DNA of 64,000 nt from assembly GCA_022825895.1 (NCBI GenBank), contig JAJDVX010000007.1, positions 2,960 through 66,959 on the forward strand, given 5' to 3'. Under the pieces are notes generated by a model that had not been told where the DNA came from, searched no databases, and was given only the letters and a program-made list of their open reading frames with translations. This document shows positions 54,338 through 63,973 of the stretch, one piece after another. This DNA comes from Chloroflexota bacterium. GTDB lineage: Bacteria; Chloroflexota; UBA11872. Position numbers and translations under genes: made by a program. How positions within the stretch are numbered: position 1 is the first letter of the stretch; every line of letters starts with the position of its first letter.

Positions 54338-55951
54338 CTAGCGGGGGCGGAGGCGGGAGAGGCGGGTGGTGAGTTCGGTGAGTTCCTGGCTGGCGAGGAG
54401 CCAGGCGACGGCGAGGTAGGCGAGGACGGCGGCGGTGAGGTAGGCGGCGAGGAGGAGGGCGGAGTCGAGGCCGATGGGGCCGTCGGTCCAGGTGGTGACG
54501 CGGAGGACGGCGACGACGAGGCCCATCATGGCGGCGGCGACGAGCGCGGTGGCGGCGACGGACAATTCGGCACGGCCGAAGGCCATGCCGCCGCGGCGGT
54601 GCAGGACCACGCCAAGAATGACGGCCTCAACCAGGACGCCAACGGACAGGCCGAAGGCGATTCCGCCGATCCCGAACCACTGCGCCAGGAACCAGGACAG
54701 CAGCATGTGGAACGCCAGGGAAGCCGCGGCGATGGCGACGGGGGTGCGGGTGTCCTGCATGGCGAAGAAACCACGGACGAGGATTTCAACGGCGGCGTGG
54801 CCGGCCAGTCCGAGCGCGAAGAAGCGGAGCGCGACAGCGGTGATCTCGGTGGCGTGGGCATCGAAGGCGCCGCGCTGAAAGAGGACGGCGACGAGGGGCT
54901 CGGCCAGGATCGCCAGAACGACGGCCGCGGGCAGGTTGAGGAAGACGATGTGGCGGGCGACGCCGCTGACGCGGGCGGCGAAGAGTTGGCGGTCGCCGCC
55001 GGCCCAGCGGCCGGCAAGCTCCGGCAGGGCGGCCTCGCCAAGGGCCATGCCGAAGACACCGAGCGGCAGCAGCATCAGCAGAAAGCCGTTGTTGAGGGCG
55101 GCGACGGCTGACGGGCCTTGCAGCGAGGCCAGGATGTTGACGTAGATCAGGCTGGCCTGGAGGACAGCGACGCCGAGGAGGCGGGGCAGCATCAGGACGA
55201 TCACGCGCCGGACATCGGGGTTGGCGAGGCCCCAGGTGAGCCTGAAACGGCCCCAGGAGGCCAGGCCGGGCGCCTGAACGGCCAGATGCAATACCGCACC
55301 GATGAGGGTGCCCCAGACGAGGCCGCGAAGTCCGAAGGCCCGAGCCAGGACCAGGGCGCCGATGATGATGCCGACGTTGTAGAGCAGCGGGCTGATAGCG
55401 GGCGGGACAAAGCGTCGCTCGGCCTGGAGGGCGGCCTTGGCCAGGGCGCTGAGTCCGAGCAGGACCGGGGAGAGCATGAGCCAGCGGGAGGCATCGACGG
55501 CCAGGTCGTGGGTGCCGGATTCGAAACCGGGGGCGATGGCGGTCATGAGCGGTTCGGCGATGAGGACGCCGAGCGCGGCGAAGGCGGCGGTTGCGAGGAA
55601 CACCAGCGTGGCGATGCCGCTGAGGAGCTGGCGCAGGGCTTCGGGATCGCCGCGGGACTTGACCTCGGCGTAGACGGGAATGACGGCCGATAGCAAGGCG
55701 CCGCCGGCGAGCAGCATGAAGATGGTGTCGGGAATGCGGAAGGCGGCGTACCAGGCGTCGGCCTCAGGGCCGACGCCGAATTGGGCGTTGATGGCGGCCT
55801 GGCGGACGAAGCCGAGGAGGCGGCTGAGGGCGATGGAGGCGAGGACGATGCCGGCGGCGGCGGCAATGCCGCCGCCGAGGCCATTACCCGCACCGGCTTG
55901 TGAAGCGTCCGAGCGCGCGGGATCACGCGTCACGCTTCGTGTCCTTTGCAA
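54338..55951 (-). CDS. murJ: Lipid II flippase MurJ (MviN family)
   Basis: 537 aa and polytopic. Motif: SRLLGFVRQAAINAQFGVGPEADAWYAAFRIPDTIFMLLAGGALLSAVIPVY. Confidence 0.85.
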   Translation of the reverse strand: MQRTRSVTRDPARSDASQAGAGNGLGGGIAAAAGIVLASIALSRLLGFVRQAAINAQFGVGPEADAWYAAFRIPDTIFMLLAGGALLSAVIPVYAEVKSRGDPEALRQLLSGIATLVFLATAAFAALGVLIAEPLMTAIAPGFESGTHDLAVDASRWLMLSPVLLGLSALAKAALQAERRFVPPAISPLLYNVGIIIGALVLARAFGLRGLVWGTLIGAVLHLAVQAPGLASWGRFRLTWGLANPDVRRVIVLMLPRLLGVAVLQASLIYVNILASLQGPSAVAALNNGFLLMLLPLGVFGMALGEAALPELAGRWAGGDRQLFAARVSGVARHIVFLNLPAAVVLAILAEPLVAVLFQRGAFDAHATEITAVALRFFALGLAGHAAVEILVRGFFAMQDTRTPVAIAAASLAFHMLLSWFLAQWFGIGGIAFGLSVGVLVEAVILGVVLHRRGGMAFGRAELSVAATALVAAAMMGLVVAVLRVTTWTDGPIGLDSALLLAAYLTAAVLAYLAVAWLLASQELTELTTRLSRLRPR

Positions 55952-56049
55952 CCGACAGGCGGGATACGGGCGGGGTTAGGATTGTTGGAGACCCCGCCAA
56001 TGGAGGCGGCGCGACGCAGGAGTCGCCCCGCACGACTGAGAACCCGCCG

Positions 56050-57351
56050 GTGCCGACGACGTTCAATCCCGAAAACCTGGAGATCGTGTTTCTCTCATTC
56101 GAGGGACCGGATCAACCCTACTCGCAGGCGGGAGGCCTGGGGGTGCGGGTGGCGCAGTTCACGCGGTCGCTGGCGCGGCAGGGATTCAATACGCACCTGA
56201 TATTTGTGGGGGATCCCGAACGGCCCGGATACGAGGTGCAAGAGGACGGGCGACTGCATTTGCACCGATGGTGCCAGTGGCTGAGCGAGCATCACCGGGG
56301 CGGGGTGTACGAGGCCGAGATCGAGAAAGTTCACGACTTCCAGGACTCCGTGCCGGCGCACGTGACGTTCGAGATAGCGACGCCAGCGGTGGCGGAGGGG
56401 CGCACGGTGGTGGTGATGGCGGAGGAGTGGCACACGGCCGACGCGCTCTCGCGGCTGAGCGATTCCCTGCACTTCAACGGGATTCGCCAGAACTGCGTGC
56501 TGGTGTGGAACGCGAATAACGACATGTCGTTCAACCGCATGAACTGGGACCGGATCGGTTACGTGGCGGACTTTTCGGCGGTGTCAAAGTACGTCAAGCA
56601 CCAGATGTGGGACTGCGGGGTCAACCCGGTGGTGATTCCGAACGGGGTTCCCGAGGAGCGACTGGAGCCGGTGGACCCGGATGCAGTGGCGTCGTTTAGG
56701 CGGGCGATGGACTGCGACCTGTGGTTTTTCAAGCTGGGTCGAACCGATCCGGACAAGGGCTGGCTGGAGGCCGTGGAGGCGGTGCACCGGATGCGGTCCG
56801 AGGGGCTCAACGCCCGACTGGTGATCAAGCCGGGCGCCTACGAAACCCATGGCGACGAACTGTACCGTCACATGGTGTGGCGAGGATTGGACCGGGCCGA
56901 GGTGGCGACCGAGGACCGCTCGGTGGCGGGGATTGCCACGGCGCTGGGCGCGGCGCCGGAGGCGGCGGTGCTGGACCTGCGGTTCTTCGTGCCGGACGAG
57001 ATCCTGCCGGTCTTTTACGCCGCGGCGGACGGGACGCTGGCAAATAGCGGGTACGAGCCGTTTGGTCTGGTGGGGCTGGAGGCGATGGCCGCGGGCGGGA
57101 TCGCCTACGTGGGGTCCACGGGCGAGGACTATGCACGGCCGCTGCAGAACTGCGTGGTGCTGGACGACGCGGCGGATCCGGATGAGATCGTGCGGTTTGC
57201 GTTGCAGCTGAAGGACGACGAGAAGCTGAACGCCTCGATTCGAGCCGGCGCACGACGGGCGGCGGAGCTGTTTACCTGGGAAGCCGTGACCCCGATCTTC
57301 CTGACCCGGATGAGCCACCTGGCGGCCGGGCAGGACGTGGTGGTCGGTTAG
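56050..57351 (+). CDS. Glycosyltransferase (GT-B fold, GT4/GT5-like; start uncertain)
   Basis: N-terminal IVFLSFEGPDQPYSQAGGLGVRV and C-terminal GYEPFGLVGLEAMAAG. The GTG at 56050 was chosen because the track start at 55900 overlaps murJ on the other strand. Confidence 0.6.
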   Translation: MPTTFNPENLEIVFLSFEGPDQPYSQAGGLGVRVAQFTRSLARQGFNTHLIFVGDPERPGYEVQEDGRLHLHRWCQWLSEHHRGGVYEAEIEKVHDFQDSVPAHVTFEIATPAVAEGRTVVVMAEEWHTADALSRLSDSLHFNGIRQNCVLVWNANNDMSFNRMNWDRIGYVADFSAVSKYVKHQMWDCGVNPVVIPNGVPEERLEPVDPDAVASFRRAMDCDLWFFKLGRTDPDKGWLEAVEAVHRMRSEGLNARLVIKPGAYETHGDELYRHMVWRGLDRAEVATEDRSVAGIATALGAAPEAAVLDLRFFVPDEILPVFYAAADGTLANSGYEPFGLVGLEAMAAGGIAYVGSTGEDYARPLQNCVVLDDAADPDEIVRFALQLKDDEKLNASIRAGARRAAELFTWEAVTPIFLTRMSHLAAGQDVVVG

Positions 57352-57414
57352 CATTCGGGGAGCGCCAGCCGGCCGCCCCACCCCCACGATCGCGCACGTC
57401 CAATCGCCGACACC

Positions 57415-58602
57415 CTGGTTATCTACACGCTGATTCACCAGCCGCGACGGGTGCGTATTCCGGCGGTTCCGATTCGGCGCGGGGCGGACGCGGCGACGAT
57501 CGAAGCGGCGCTGTTCGACGACGAGTTGAACCAGTTCTACTTCGAGAAGGTGGCGCGCTGGTGCTACCGGCCGGCGATCACGCTGTGGCAGGACCTGCTG
57601 GACCGGGGGCTGGCGCTGGGGTTGGGGATTCCGCTCTCGACCCTGCCGCAGTTTGAGACGTGGGACCCCGAGCTGCTGGGTGAACTGAAGGCCCTGCTGG
57701 GTCACGCGAACTGCGAGCCGGTGGCGACGGAGCCGAATCACGCGGTGAGCATGCTGCTGGACCTGCCGCTGTTTGCGCGGGGGATGGAGCGGTCGGCCAC
57801 CGGCCTGGAAGAGCTTTGCGGGCAGCGGCCGCGGGTGGCGGATACGACCGAGATGCTGATGTCCTCGGACATTGCGCGGACGCTGGCGCGAATCGGCTTC
57901 GAGGCCGGGTTCGTGGACGGGCGGCCGTGGATCATGGAGTGGCGGAGCGCGGCGCACCTCTACAAGGAACGCGGCGGATTGCCGCTGCTGGCCCGGCACT
58001 TCGACCTGAGCGACGACGTGGGGTACCGGTTTTCGAACCAGGGCTGGGACGGCTGGCCGCTGACGGCGGACCGATACGCGGACTGGATTGCTTCGACGCC
58101 GGGGGACCTGGTGACGCTGGCGTGGGACTTCGAGACGTTCGGCGAGCACCACAACGTGGACACGGGGATATTCGAGTTCCTGGATGCGTTGCCGGACGAG
58201 CTGGAGAAGCGCGGGGTGCGCTGCCTGACGCCGAGCGGGGCGGTGGATGCCCTTGGCGGCGGCGCGCATGAGTTGCCGTTGTCGCCGTTTCCGGCGACCT
58301 GGGCGGGACAGCATGGGGGGTTGGAGTTTTTCCTGGGGAATCATGCGCAGCAGGCGGTGTTCCGGCTGATGACGGCGGCGTACGGGACGGCGCAACTGAC
58401 GGAGGATCCATCGCTGATCGACCTGGCGTACCTGCTGTTGCAGTCGGACAACCTGCACTGGTTGCAGTGGGTCGGTAAGGAAGGCTCGGAGGCGGACGTT
58501 TCGGCCTATTTCACGCCGGGCGAGTGGATGTGGCTGGGGGCGGACCGGCTGCTGTGGGAGCACCAGCGGGTGTACATCAACTTCATCGATGCGATCAGCT
58601 AG
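57415..58602 (+). CDS. GH57-family (AmyC-like) alpha-glucan-active enzyme, apparent non-canonical start
   Basis: LAWDFETFGEH matches AmyC-like GH57 enzymes. The N-terminal HQP signature (IYTLIHQPRR) lies upstream of the first GTG (57451), in a frame that opens at the upstream gene's stop. CTG 57415 or ATC 57421 are the only start-like codons there. Confidence 0.6.
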   Translation: MVIYTLIHQPRRVRIPAVPIRRGADAATIEAALFDDELNQFYFEKVARWCYRPAITLWQDLLDRGLALGLGIPLSTLPQFETWDPELLGELKALLGHANCEPVATEPNHAVSMLLDLPLFARGMERSATGLEELCGQRPRVADTTEMLMSSDIARTLARIGFEAGFVDGRPWIMEWRSAAHLYKERGGLPLLARHFDLSDDVGYRFSNQGWDGWPLTADRYADWIASTPGDLVTLAWDFETFGEHHNVDTGIFEFLDALPDELEKRGVRCLTPSGAVDALGGGAHELPLSPFPATWAGQHGGLEFFLGNHAQQAVFRLMTAAYGTAQLTEDPSLIDLAYLLLQSDNLHWLQWVGKEGSEADVSAYFTPGEWMWLGADRLLWEHQRVYINFIDAIS

Positions 58603-58612
58603 CGAGGTCGGA

Positions 58613-59419
58613 ATGGACGAGGTTTACCTGGGGCCAACGCAAACGACCGTGCCGAAGATCGGGCTGGGGACGGCCCGGTATTTCGGCGGGCGGGGCGTGC
58701 TGGTCAAAGGGCTGGCGGCGGGGCTGCGGCTGATCGACACGGCGGAGTCGTACAACGCGCGGGGCGACGAACCCGGGCAAGCCGAGTTGCTGGTCGGGAA
58801 GGAGCTTGCGGGGCACTGGGATCGGACGTTTATCGCCTCCAAGATCTCGCCGCGGAACCTGGCCGCGGCTGACGTGCCAGTGCATGCGCGGGCGAGTGCG
58901 CGGCGGCTGGGCGTGAAGGTGATCGATCTCTACCAGATTCACGGGCCGAATCCACTGATCCCGATTGGCGAGTCGATAGGCGCGCTGGAGCGGCTGGTGG
59001 ACGAGGGGCTGATCCGGTTTATCGGGGTCAGCAACTTCTCGGCGGATCAGTTGAAGGCGGCGCAGGACGCGGCGCGGCGCTATCCGATCGTGTCGAACCA
59101 GATCCGGTACAACCTGTTCGAGCGCGACGTGGCGGACGACGTGCTGGCGTATTGCCAGGAGACTCGGGTAACGGTGATTGCGCACACGCCGCTGGCGCTG
59201 GCGGACTTTGACGGTCACGCGGGGTCGGGGGCGTTGCGCGAGGTGAGCCGCAGCACGGGCCGGACGCCGACGCAGGTGATGTTGAACTGGCTGGTGGGGC
59301 AGGACGGGGTGATTGCAATTCCGAAGACCGACCGGCCGGAGCGGGTGGCGGAGCTGGCGGGATCGGTGGGCTGGGACCTGGATGCGGAGCAGCGCCGAGC
59401 GCTGGATGCTTGCGCCTAG
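58613..59419 (+). CDS. Aldo/keto reductase
   Basis: Protein from MDEVYLGPTQTTVPKIGLGTA... Motifs: IDTAESY, ...IDLYQIHGP, ...IGVSNF. Confidence 0.8.
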   Translation: MDEVYLGPTQTTVPKIGLGTARYFGGRGVLVKGLAAGLRLIDTAESYNARGDEPGQAELLVGKELAGHWDRTFIASKISPRNLAAADVPVHARASARRLGVKVIDLYQIHGPNPLIPIGESIGALERLVDEGLIRFIGVSNFSADQLKAAQDAARRYPIVSNQIRYNLFERDVADDVLAYCQETRVTVIAHTPLALADFDGHAGSGALREVSRSTGRTPTQVMLNWLVGQDGVIAIPKTDRPERVAELAGSVGWDLDAEQRRALDACA

Positions 59420-59455
59420 CGCAACCCGCTGAGCCATAGGACGGAATAGACCTCA

Positions 59456-60658
59456 ATGCGGATTGCGATGGTGGTGTGGGAGTACCCGCCGCACGTGGTG
59501 GGCGGGCTTGGGACGTACTCGGGCGCGATGGCGCCGGCGCTGCGGGCGGCCGGGCACGACGTGCAGGTGTTTGCGGCGTTGCGTGACGGGGACGCGCCGG
59601 AATCGGAGCCGGATACGCATTGGGCGCGTCAGCTGGACCTGAGCCCGACGTACCTGGGGGTCTACAGCCAGGAGGCGTCGAGTTGGGGGGCGTTTTTCGG
59701 GGAGTTGTACTCGACGAACATTCTCTGGGCCGACGCGGTGCGGGCGGAGCACGACAGGGAACCGTTCGACGTAATCGCGGTGCACGACTGGCTGGGGGCG
59801 CCGGCCGGATTGACGCTGGCGCGGCACGTGGACGCGCCGATTGTGTTGCACGTGCACAGCGCCGAGTGGGGACGGCAGCCGGGCGGGCCTTCGCCGATCG
59901 TGTCGCAGTGGGAGACGGCGGCGGGCCGGACGGCGGCCGCGACGATTACGGTGAGCCAGGCGATGGTGCGAGACCTGATCGCGCACGGCTGGGACGCGGA
60001 GCGGGTGCATGGCGTGTGGAACGGGGTGGACACGGGGAGGTTCTCGCCGGACGCGCCGGGCGGGCCCGAGATCAGGGCGCGGTATGGGTTGCCGGAAGAC
60101 GCGCCGGTGGTGTTCTTCATTGGGCGACTGACGGGGGTGAAGGGGGCACGGCCGCTGGTGGAGGGCTGGCCGCGGGTGCTGGCACGGCATCCGGATGCCC
60201 GGTTGGTCGCCCTGGGTACTGGGGATCAGGACGATGAGATTCGGGGACTGGTGGCGGGGCTTGGGATTGAGGACTCGGTCACGCTGCGGACGGAATGGGT
60301 TTCGGAGGCCGAGCGTATTGCGCATTTCGCGGCTGCCGACCTGGTGGTGTTGCCGTCGACGTATGAGCCGTTCGGGATCGTGTGCCTGGAGGCGATGGCG
60401 TGCGGGAAGCCGGTGGTGGTTGGGGCACGGGGCGTAGTTGGCTTTCGTGAGCAGGTGCTGAATTACGGGCCGAATCAGTGCGGAGTTCACGTGAACGGGG
60501 CGGATGCGGCGGACATTGCGTGGGGGATCGCTGAGGCGCTGATCGACCAGGAACGGATGCGGCGCTGGGGCGAGAACGGGCGGCGGCGGGCGGTGGAGAC
60601 GTTTGCGTGGGAGCGGTGTGCGGCACGGACGGTGGAGGTTTACGGGCGGGTCATTTGA
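59456..60658 (+). CDS. Glycosyltransferase family 4 (GT-B, retaining)
   Basis: Motifs: MRIAMVVWEYPPHVVGGLGTY, ...PSTYEPFGIVCLEAMACGKPVV. Confidence 0.8.
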   Translation: MRIAMVVWEYPPHVVGGLGTYSGAMAPALRAAGHDVQVFAALRDGDAPESEPDTHWARQLDLSPTYLGVYSQEASSWGAFFGELYSTNILWADAVRAEHDREPFDVIAVHDWLGAPAGLTLARHVDAPIVLHVHSAEWGRQPGGPSPIVSQWETAAGRTAAATITVSQAMVRDLIAHGWDAERVHGVWNGVDTGRFSPDAPGGPEIRARYGLPEDAPVVFFIGRLTGVKGARPLVEGWPRVLARHPDARLVALGTGDQDDEIRGLVAGLGIEDSVTLRTEWVSEAERIAHFAAADLVVLPSTYEPFGIVCLEAMACGKPVVVGARGVVGFREQVLNYGPNQCGVHVNGADAADIAWGIAEALIDQERMRRWGENGRRRAVETFAWERCAARTVEVYGRVI

Positions 60659-60699
60659 CCCGACACGTCAAACCTGTCCTCGAGAGCCGCCCTTACCGG

Positions 60700-60987
60700 C
60701 TATCGTTCAGTCGCGGACGATGCCGCCCCGCGTTCGGGGTTTGTTGCCAGCGGCTCTCGGGCGAGCGCGCTTGCAAGAATGGCCTGCGTCAACGCATCGA
60801 CCTTCGCATCCACGCCGCGAATCTCCGCTCGCACTTCAGTCCGCAATGCCTGCATGTCAGCGCGAGTCTCAGTGCGCAGGTCTCGAATGTCAGACTTCAA
60901 CCAGGCCAGCGTCCCGCCCATGACGGCTAGCAGAAGAGGTAGCACGATGCCGGCGATGGCCAGCAGATCGGCAGTTTCGAGGATCAC
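60700..60987 (-). CDS. Small N-terminally membrane-anchored coiled-coil protein
   Basis: 95 aa. The TM segment is LLAIAGIVLPLLLAVMGGTLAWL, followed by RDLRTETRADMQALRTEVRAEIRGVDAKVDAL. The GTG start overlaps the upstream stop as GTGA. Confidence 0.5.
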   Translation of the reverse strand: MILETADLLAIAGIVLPLLLAVMGGTLAWLKSDIRDLRTETRADMQALRTEVRAEIRGVDAKVDALTQAILASALAREPLATNPERGAASSATER

Positions 60988-61565
60988 GGGGCGGGTTCGC
61001 GGGCGACCGGCTCAGGAACCGGGCCGCCAAGACGGGCCAGCGCCTGCGCCGATTCGTACTGGCGCTCTTCCATCCGGTCGAGGCGCGTGTCCATCCGATC
61101 GAAGCGGATATCCATTCCGTGGAGGCGGGCATCCATTCCGTCGAGGCGGGCATCCATCCTGTCGAGGCGGGCATCAATGCCGTCGAGGCGGGCATCAATG
61201 CCGTCGAGGCGGACATCCATCCTGTCGAGGCGAGCATCAATGCCGTCGAGGCGGACATCCATCCTGTCGAGGCGAGCATCAATGCCGTCGAAGCGGGCAT
61301 CAATGCCGTCGAAGCGGGCATTGATGGCGTCGAAGCGCGCATCCAACTCAGCCCGAAGATCACGCAACGCCGCAGCCTGCTCCGCGCGTAGACCGCGCAA
61401 GGCCATAGCCTGCTCCGCGCGAATATCACGCAAGGCTTCAGCTTGCTGCTGGGCCTGGAATTCCAGACGAGAGTTCAGGCTGCGCCAGATGGCGACAGCC
61501 AAGCCAGCTAATCCAACAAACAGGGCCCCGCCCGTGCCCAGAATCGTCCACGCTTCGGCGCTCAT
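60984..61565 (-). CDS. N-terminally membrane-anchored coiled-coil protein made of 13 heptad repeats (A/V-R-L/F-D-G/R-I/M-D)
   Basis: 193 aa. The TM segment is AWTILGTGGALFVGLAGLAVAIW. It is followed by three 11-aa repeats and then ARFDGID/ARLDRMD/VRLDGID x13. Confidence 0.6.
   Translation of the reverse strand: MSAEAWTILGTGGALFVGLAGLAVAIWRSLNSRLEFQAQQQAEALRDIRAEQAMALRGLRAEQAAALRDLRAELDARFDAINARFDGIDARFDGIDARLDRMDVRLDGIDARLDRMDVRLDGIDARLDGIDARLDRMDARLDGMDARLHGMDIRFDRMDTRLDRMEERQYESAQALARLGGPVPEPVAREPAP
61070..61342. repeat. 13 tandem copies of a 21-bp unit (consensus + strand CCATCCTGTCGAGGCGGGCAT / CAATGCCGTCGAGGCGGGCAT), coding
   Basis: Counted directly. The units begin at 61070, 61091, 61112 ... 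61322. Several adjacent units are identical or differ at 1-5 positions. Confidence 0.9.
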
Positions 61566-61690
61566 GCGGCGACGCTCCGGCGGGGTCGGGCATCGGAATC
61601 AACGTATCACACTCGCTCGAACGGAGAGCGGCGCTTGCCGCTGGATGAGCCGGCCGGGCGCGCGCCTAGAATGCGGGCGGCGCGTGGTGG

Positions 61691-63973
61691 ATGAGCCTGG
61701 TGATGCAGAGTTTTCTGAGGTCCCTGTTTGGCGCGGAGGATCCTGTCGAGGTCCGTGGCGGCCTGGCGGGCGATGGGCGCTCGGTGTTTGGGGAGCACAT
61801 TGTTCTCGAGAATTCGGCGCTCGGAATCCTGGGGGAGCGGTTTGCGCGGCGGGACCTGGGAACGGAGCGTTTTCGGGCGGTGCCGACGGAGGTTCGCGCG
61901 GAGCTGGGCGGGTTCGGGGACGAGGCGCCGGATGCGTCGCGGCTGGTGCCGACGCGGGACGAGGTCTTTATCCGGATTACAGCCTCGATGGCGGGAATCC
62001 TGCAGCGGATGGCGCAGATCGAGGCGAATCCGCACCTGCGCACCTTCGTGCTGCTGACCGGGCCGACGGGCTGCGGCAAGACGACGATGGTCAAGACGTA
62101 TTGCCACCTGGCGAACGAGCCGTGCGTTGAACTGACGTTCAGCGGGGATACGACGCTGGCGGACTTTTTTCAGCGGACGGAGGTCGTGCGGGGCGATACG
62201 GGCCAGTCGACGGTGGCGGCGCTGGGTCCGGCGGTGCAGGCGATGCTGCACGGGCACAAGCTGCTGATCAACGAGATCAACATGCTGCCGCCGGACCTGG
62301 TGAGCGCGCTGACGCAGGCGATGGATACGGGGCGGCTGGTGATTTCCGGGACGGACCTGGGGAATATCGAGATCGAGGTACACGAGCAGTTCGGGGTGTT
62401 TGCCACGGCGAACCCGAACTACGTGGGGGCCGCGGAGATCGGACGGGCGCTGCAGCGGCGGTTTGGCTGGGGGCTCGGGGCGATTCCGATGGGCTTTCTG
62501 CCGCCGGAGGAGGAGGCCGACGCGGTGGCCTTCGAGTTCGGGCGGCTGGAACTGGCGGAGGCGTTGGATTTGCGGGCCAATCCTTCAATCGTGGAACGGC
62601 TGGTGGGTGTGGCGAGCCAGTTGCGCGGGCACGCCGAACTGGGCGGGGCCATGCGGGACCGGATTTCAACGCGCTCACTGGTTCACTGGCTGGCGCTGGG
62701 GCACGCGACCGGGCTGCCGCTGGCGGAAATCGGGGCGCAAGCGGTGCTTTCGATCGCGCCGGATGACCTGATGCAGCCGGTGGCGGAGACGACCCGGCAG
62801 GCGCTGGGTCGGGCGGTCGCGTCCACGGCGTATCCGGACGAGCTGCGGCAGGCGCTGCTGGATATCGAGCGACCGGATGCAGGGGCGGCGGTGGCACTGC
62901 CGCCTCCTACACCGGTAACCCGATCCGGGTCAGTGGACGATGGTTCCGGCGTGACGCTGGACCTGTCGGGCGGGCGCAGGGTGAAGATACGCGGGCGCGC
63001 GGACCGTCCGCCGGTGGTGGAGAGCGCGAACGGCACGAATGGCATGGCCGCCGAAGAAGCTCGACGAGCGCTGCGGGCAGAGTTCGGGTTGAACCTGGCG
63101 TCGTCGCTGGGACACGTTCCGCCGACCTCCAGCGTGCTGCCGTGTCTGACGGCGTCCAGCTGGCAGGCGTTGCGGCTGACGCAGGGGGCGCTGGTGGCGG
63201 GGCGGCCGGTGTTTCTGCGGGGTCCGACGGGCTGCGGGAAGTCGGCAATGGCGCGGACGCTGGCGCACATGTGGAATCTGCCGGCGGTGGAGTTCAGCCT
63301 GACGGGCGAGACCAGCAAGACGGACCTGACGGCGGCGCGGCGGCTGACGGGCGGGGCGACCTCGTGGTCGATCCAGGGCTTCCTGGAGGCGGCCAGCGAC
63401 GGGCTGTTCGTGATCGTGAACGAGTACAACCTGGCGTATCCGGACGTGCACTCGATCATCAACGGGCTGTTCGACAAGGGCGGCCGGCTGCTGCTGCCGG
63501 ACGGGCGAGTGGTGCATGCGCATCCCGACTTCCGGCTGGTGGCGACGGGGTTCGCGGAGGGGCCCGGCGTGAAGCCGCTGAATGAGGCGGTGGAGAACCG
63601 ATTTGGGGCGGTGATCCGCATGGACTATCCGCCGCTGGGTGAAGAGGCCGCCATCCTGGCGTTCGTCGCGGACGAGGCGATCGACCCGGCGCTGTTGCAT
63701 TCGGCGGCGGAGTTGGCGGCCACGGGTCGGGCGATCCTGTCGGGCGCCTGGGACCGGGACGCGCGTCACCCCTTGAACGACGTGCCGGCCGACCTGGCCG
63801 GGGCGGCGGCCGAGCGGGTGAGCCTGACGACGGCCGAACTGGTGACCAGCGCGCGGGCAGGCGACGACTCATCCACGTTCGTGCGCTGGCTGCGACGGGG
63901 GGTGCTGGACGGGGCCGGCGACGACATTCGCGCGGTGCTGGAAGCGACGCTGGCCGGCTATGGCCTGGTCTGA
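61691..63973 (+). CDS. Tandem AAA_5 (MoxR/dynein-related-type) ATPase with two P-loop modules
   Basis: 760 aa. Module 1 has LLTGPTGCGKTT, ...LLINEINMLPPDL, ...FATANP, ...LQRRF. Module 2 has FLRGPTGCGKSA, ...FVIVNEYNLAYPDV, ...LVATG, ...VENRF. Confidence 0.8.
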   Translation: MSLVMQSFLRSLFGAEDPVEVRGGLAGDGRSVFGEHIVLENSALGILGERFARRDLGTERFRAVPTEVRAELGGFGDEAPDASRLVPTRDEVFIRITASMAGILQRMAQIEANPHLRTFVLLTGPTGCGKTTMVKTYCHLANEPCVELTFSGDTTLADFFQRTEVVRGDTGQSTVAALGPAVQAMLHGHKLLINEINMLPPDLVSALTQAMDTGRLVISGTDLGNIEIEVHEQFGVFATANPNYVGAAEIGRALQRRFGWGLGAIPMGFLPPEEEADAVAFEFGRLELAEALDLRANPSIVERLVGVASQLRGHAELGGAMRDRISTRSLVHWLALGHATGLPLAEIGAQAVLSIAPDDLMQPVAETTRQALGRAVASTAYPDELRQALLDIERPDAGAAVALPPPTPVTRSGSVDDGSGVTLDLSGGRRVKIRGRADRPPVVESANGTNGMAAEEARRALRAEFGLNLASSLGHVPPTSSVLPCLTASSWQALRLTQGALVAGRPVFLRGPTGCGKSAMARTLAHMWNLPAVEFSLTGETSKTDLTAARRLTGGATSWSIQGFLEAASDGLFVIVNEYNLAYPDVHSIINGLFDKGGRLLLPDGRVVHAHPDFRLVATGFAEGPGVKPLNEAVENRFGAVIRMDYPPLGEEAAILAFVADEAIDPALLHSAAELAATGRAILSGAWDRDARHPLNDVPADLAGAAAERVSLTTAELVTSARAGDDSSTFVRWLRRGVLDGAGDDIRAVLEATLAGYGLV

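Noticed and set aside
56584-58563. 659-aa minus-strand ORF
   Set aside because: It is antisense to the glycosyltransferase and GH57 genes. The sequence is Arg/Pro/Gln-rich with no motif.
61070-61342. 21-bp tandem repeats as a possible CRISPR array
   Set aside because: The units are contiguous with no spacers. They are in frame and encode heptads of a coiled-coil protein. No cas genes are present.
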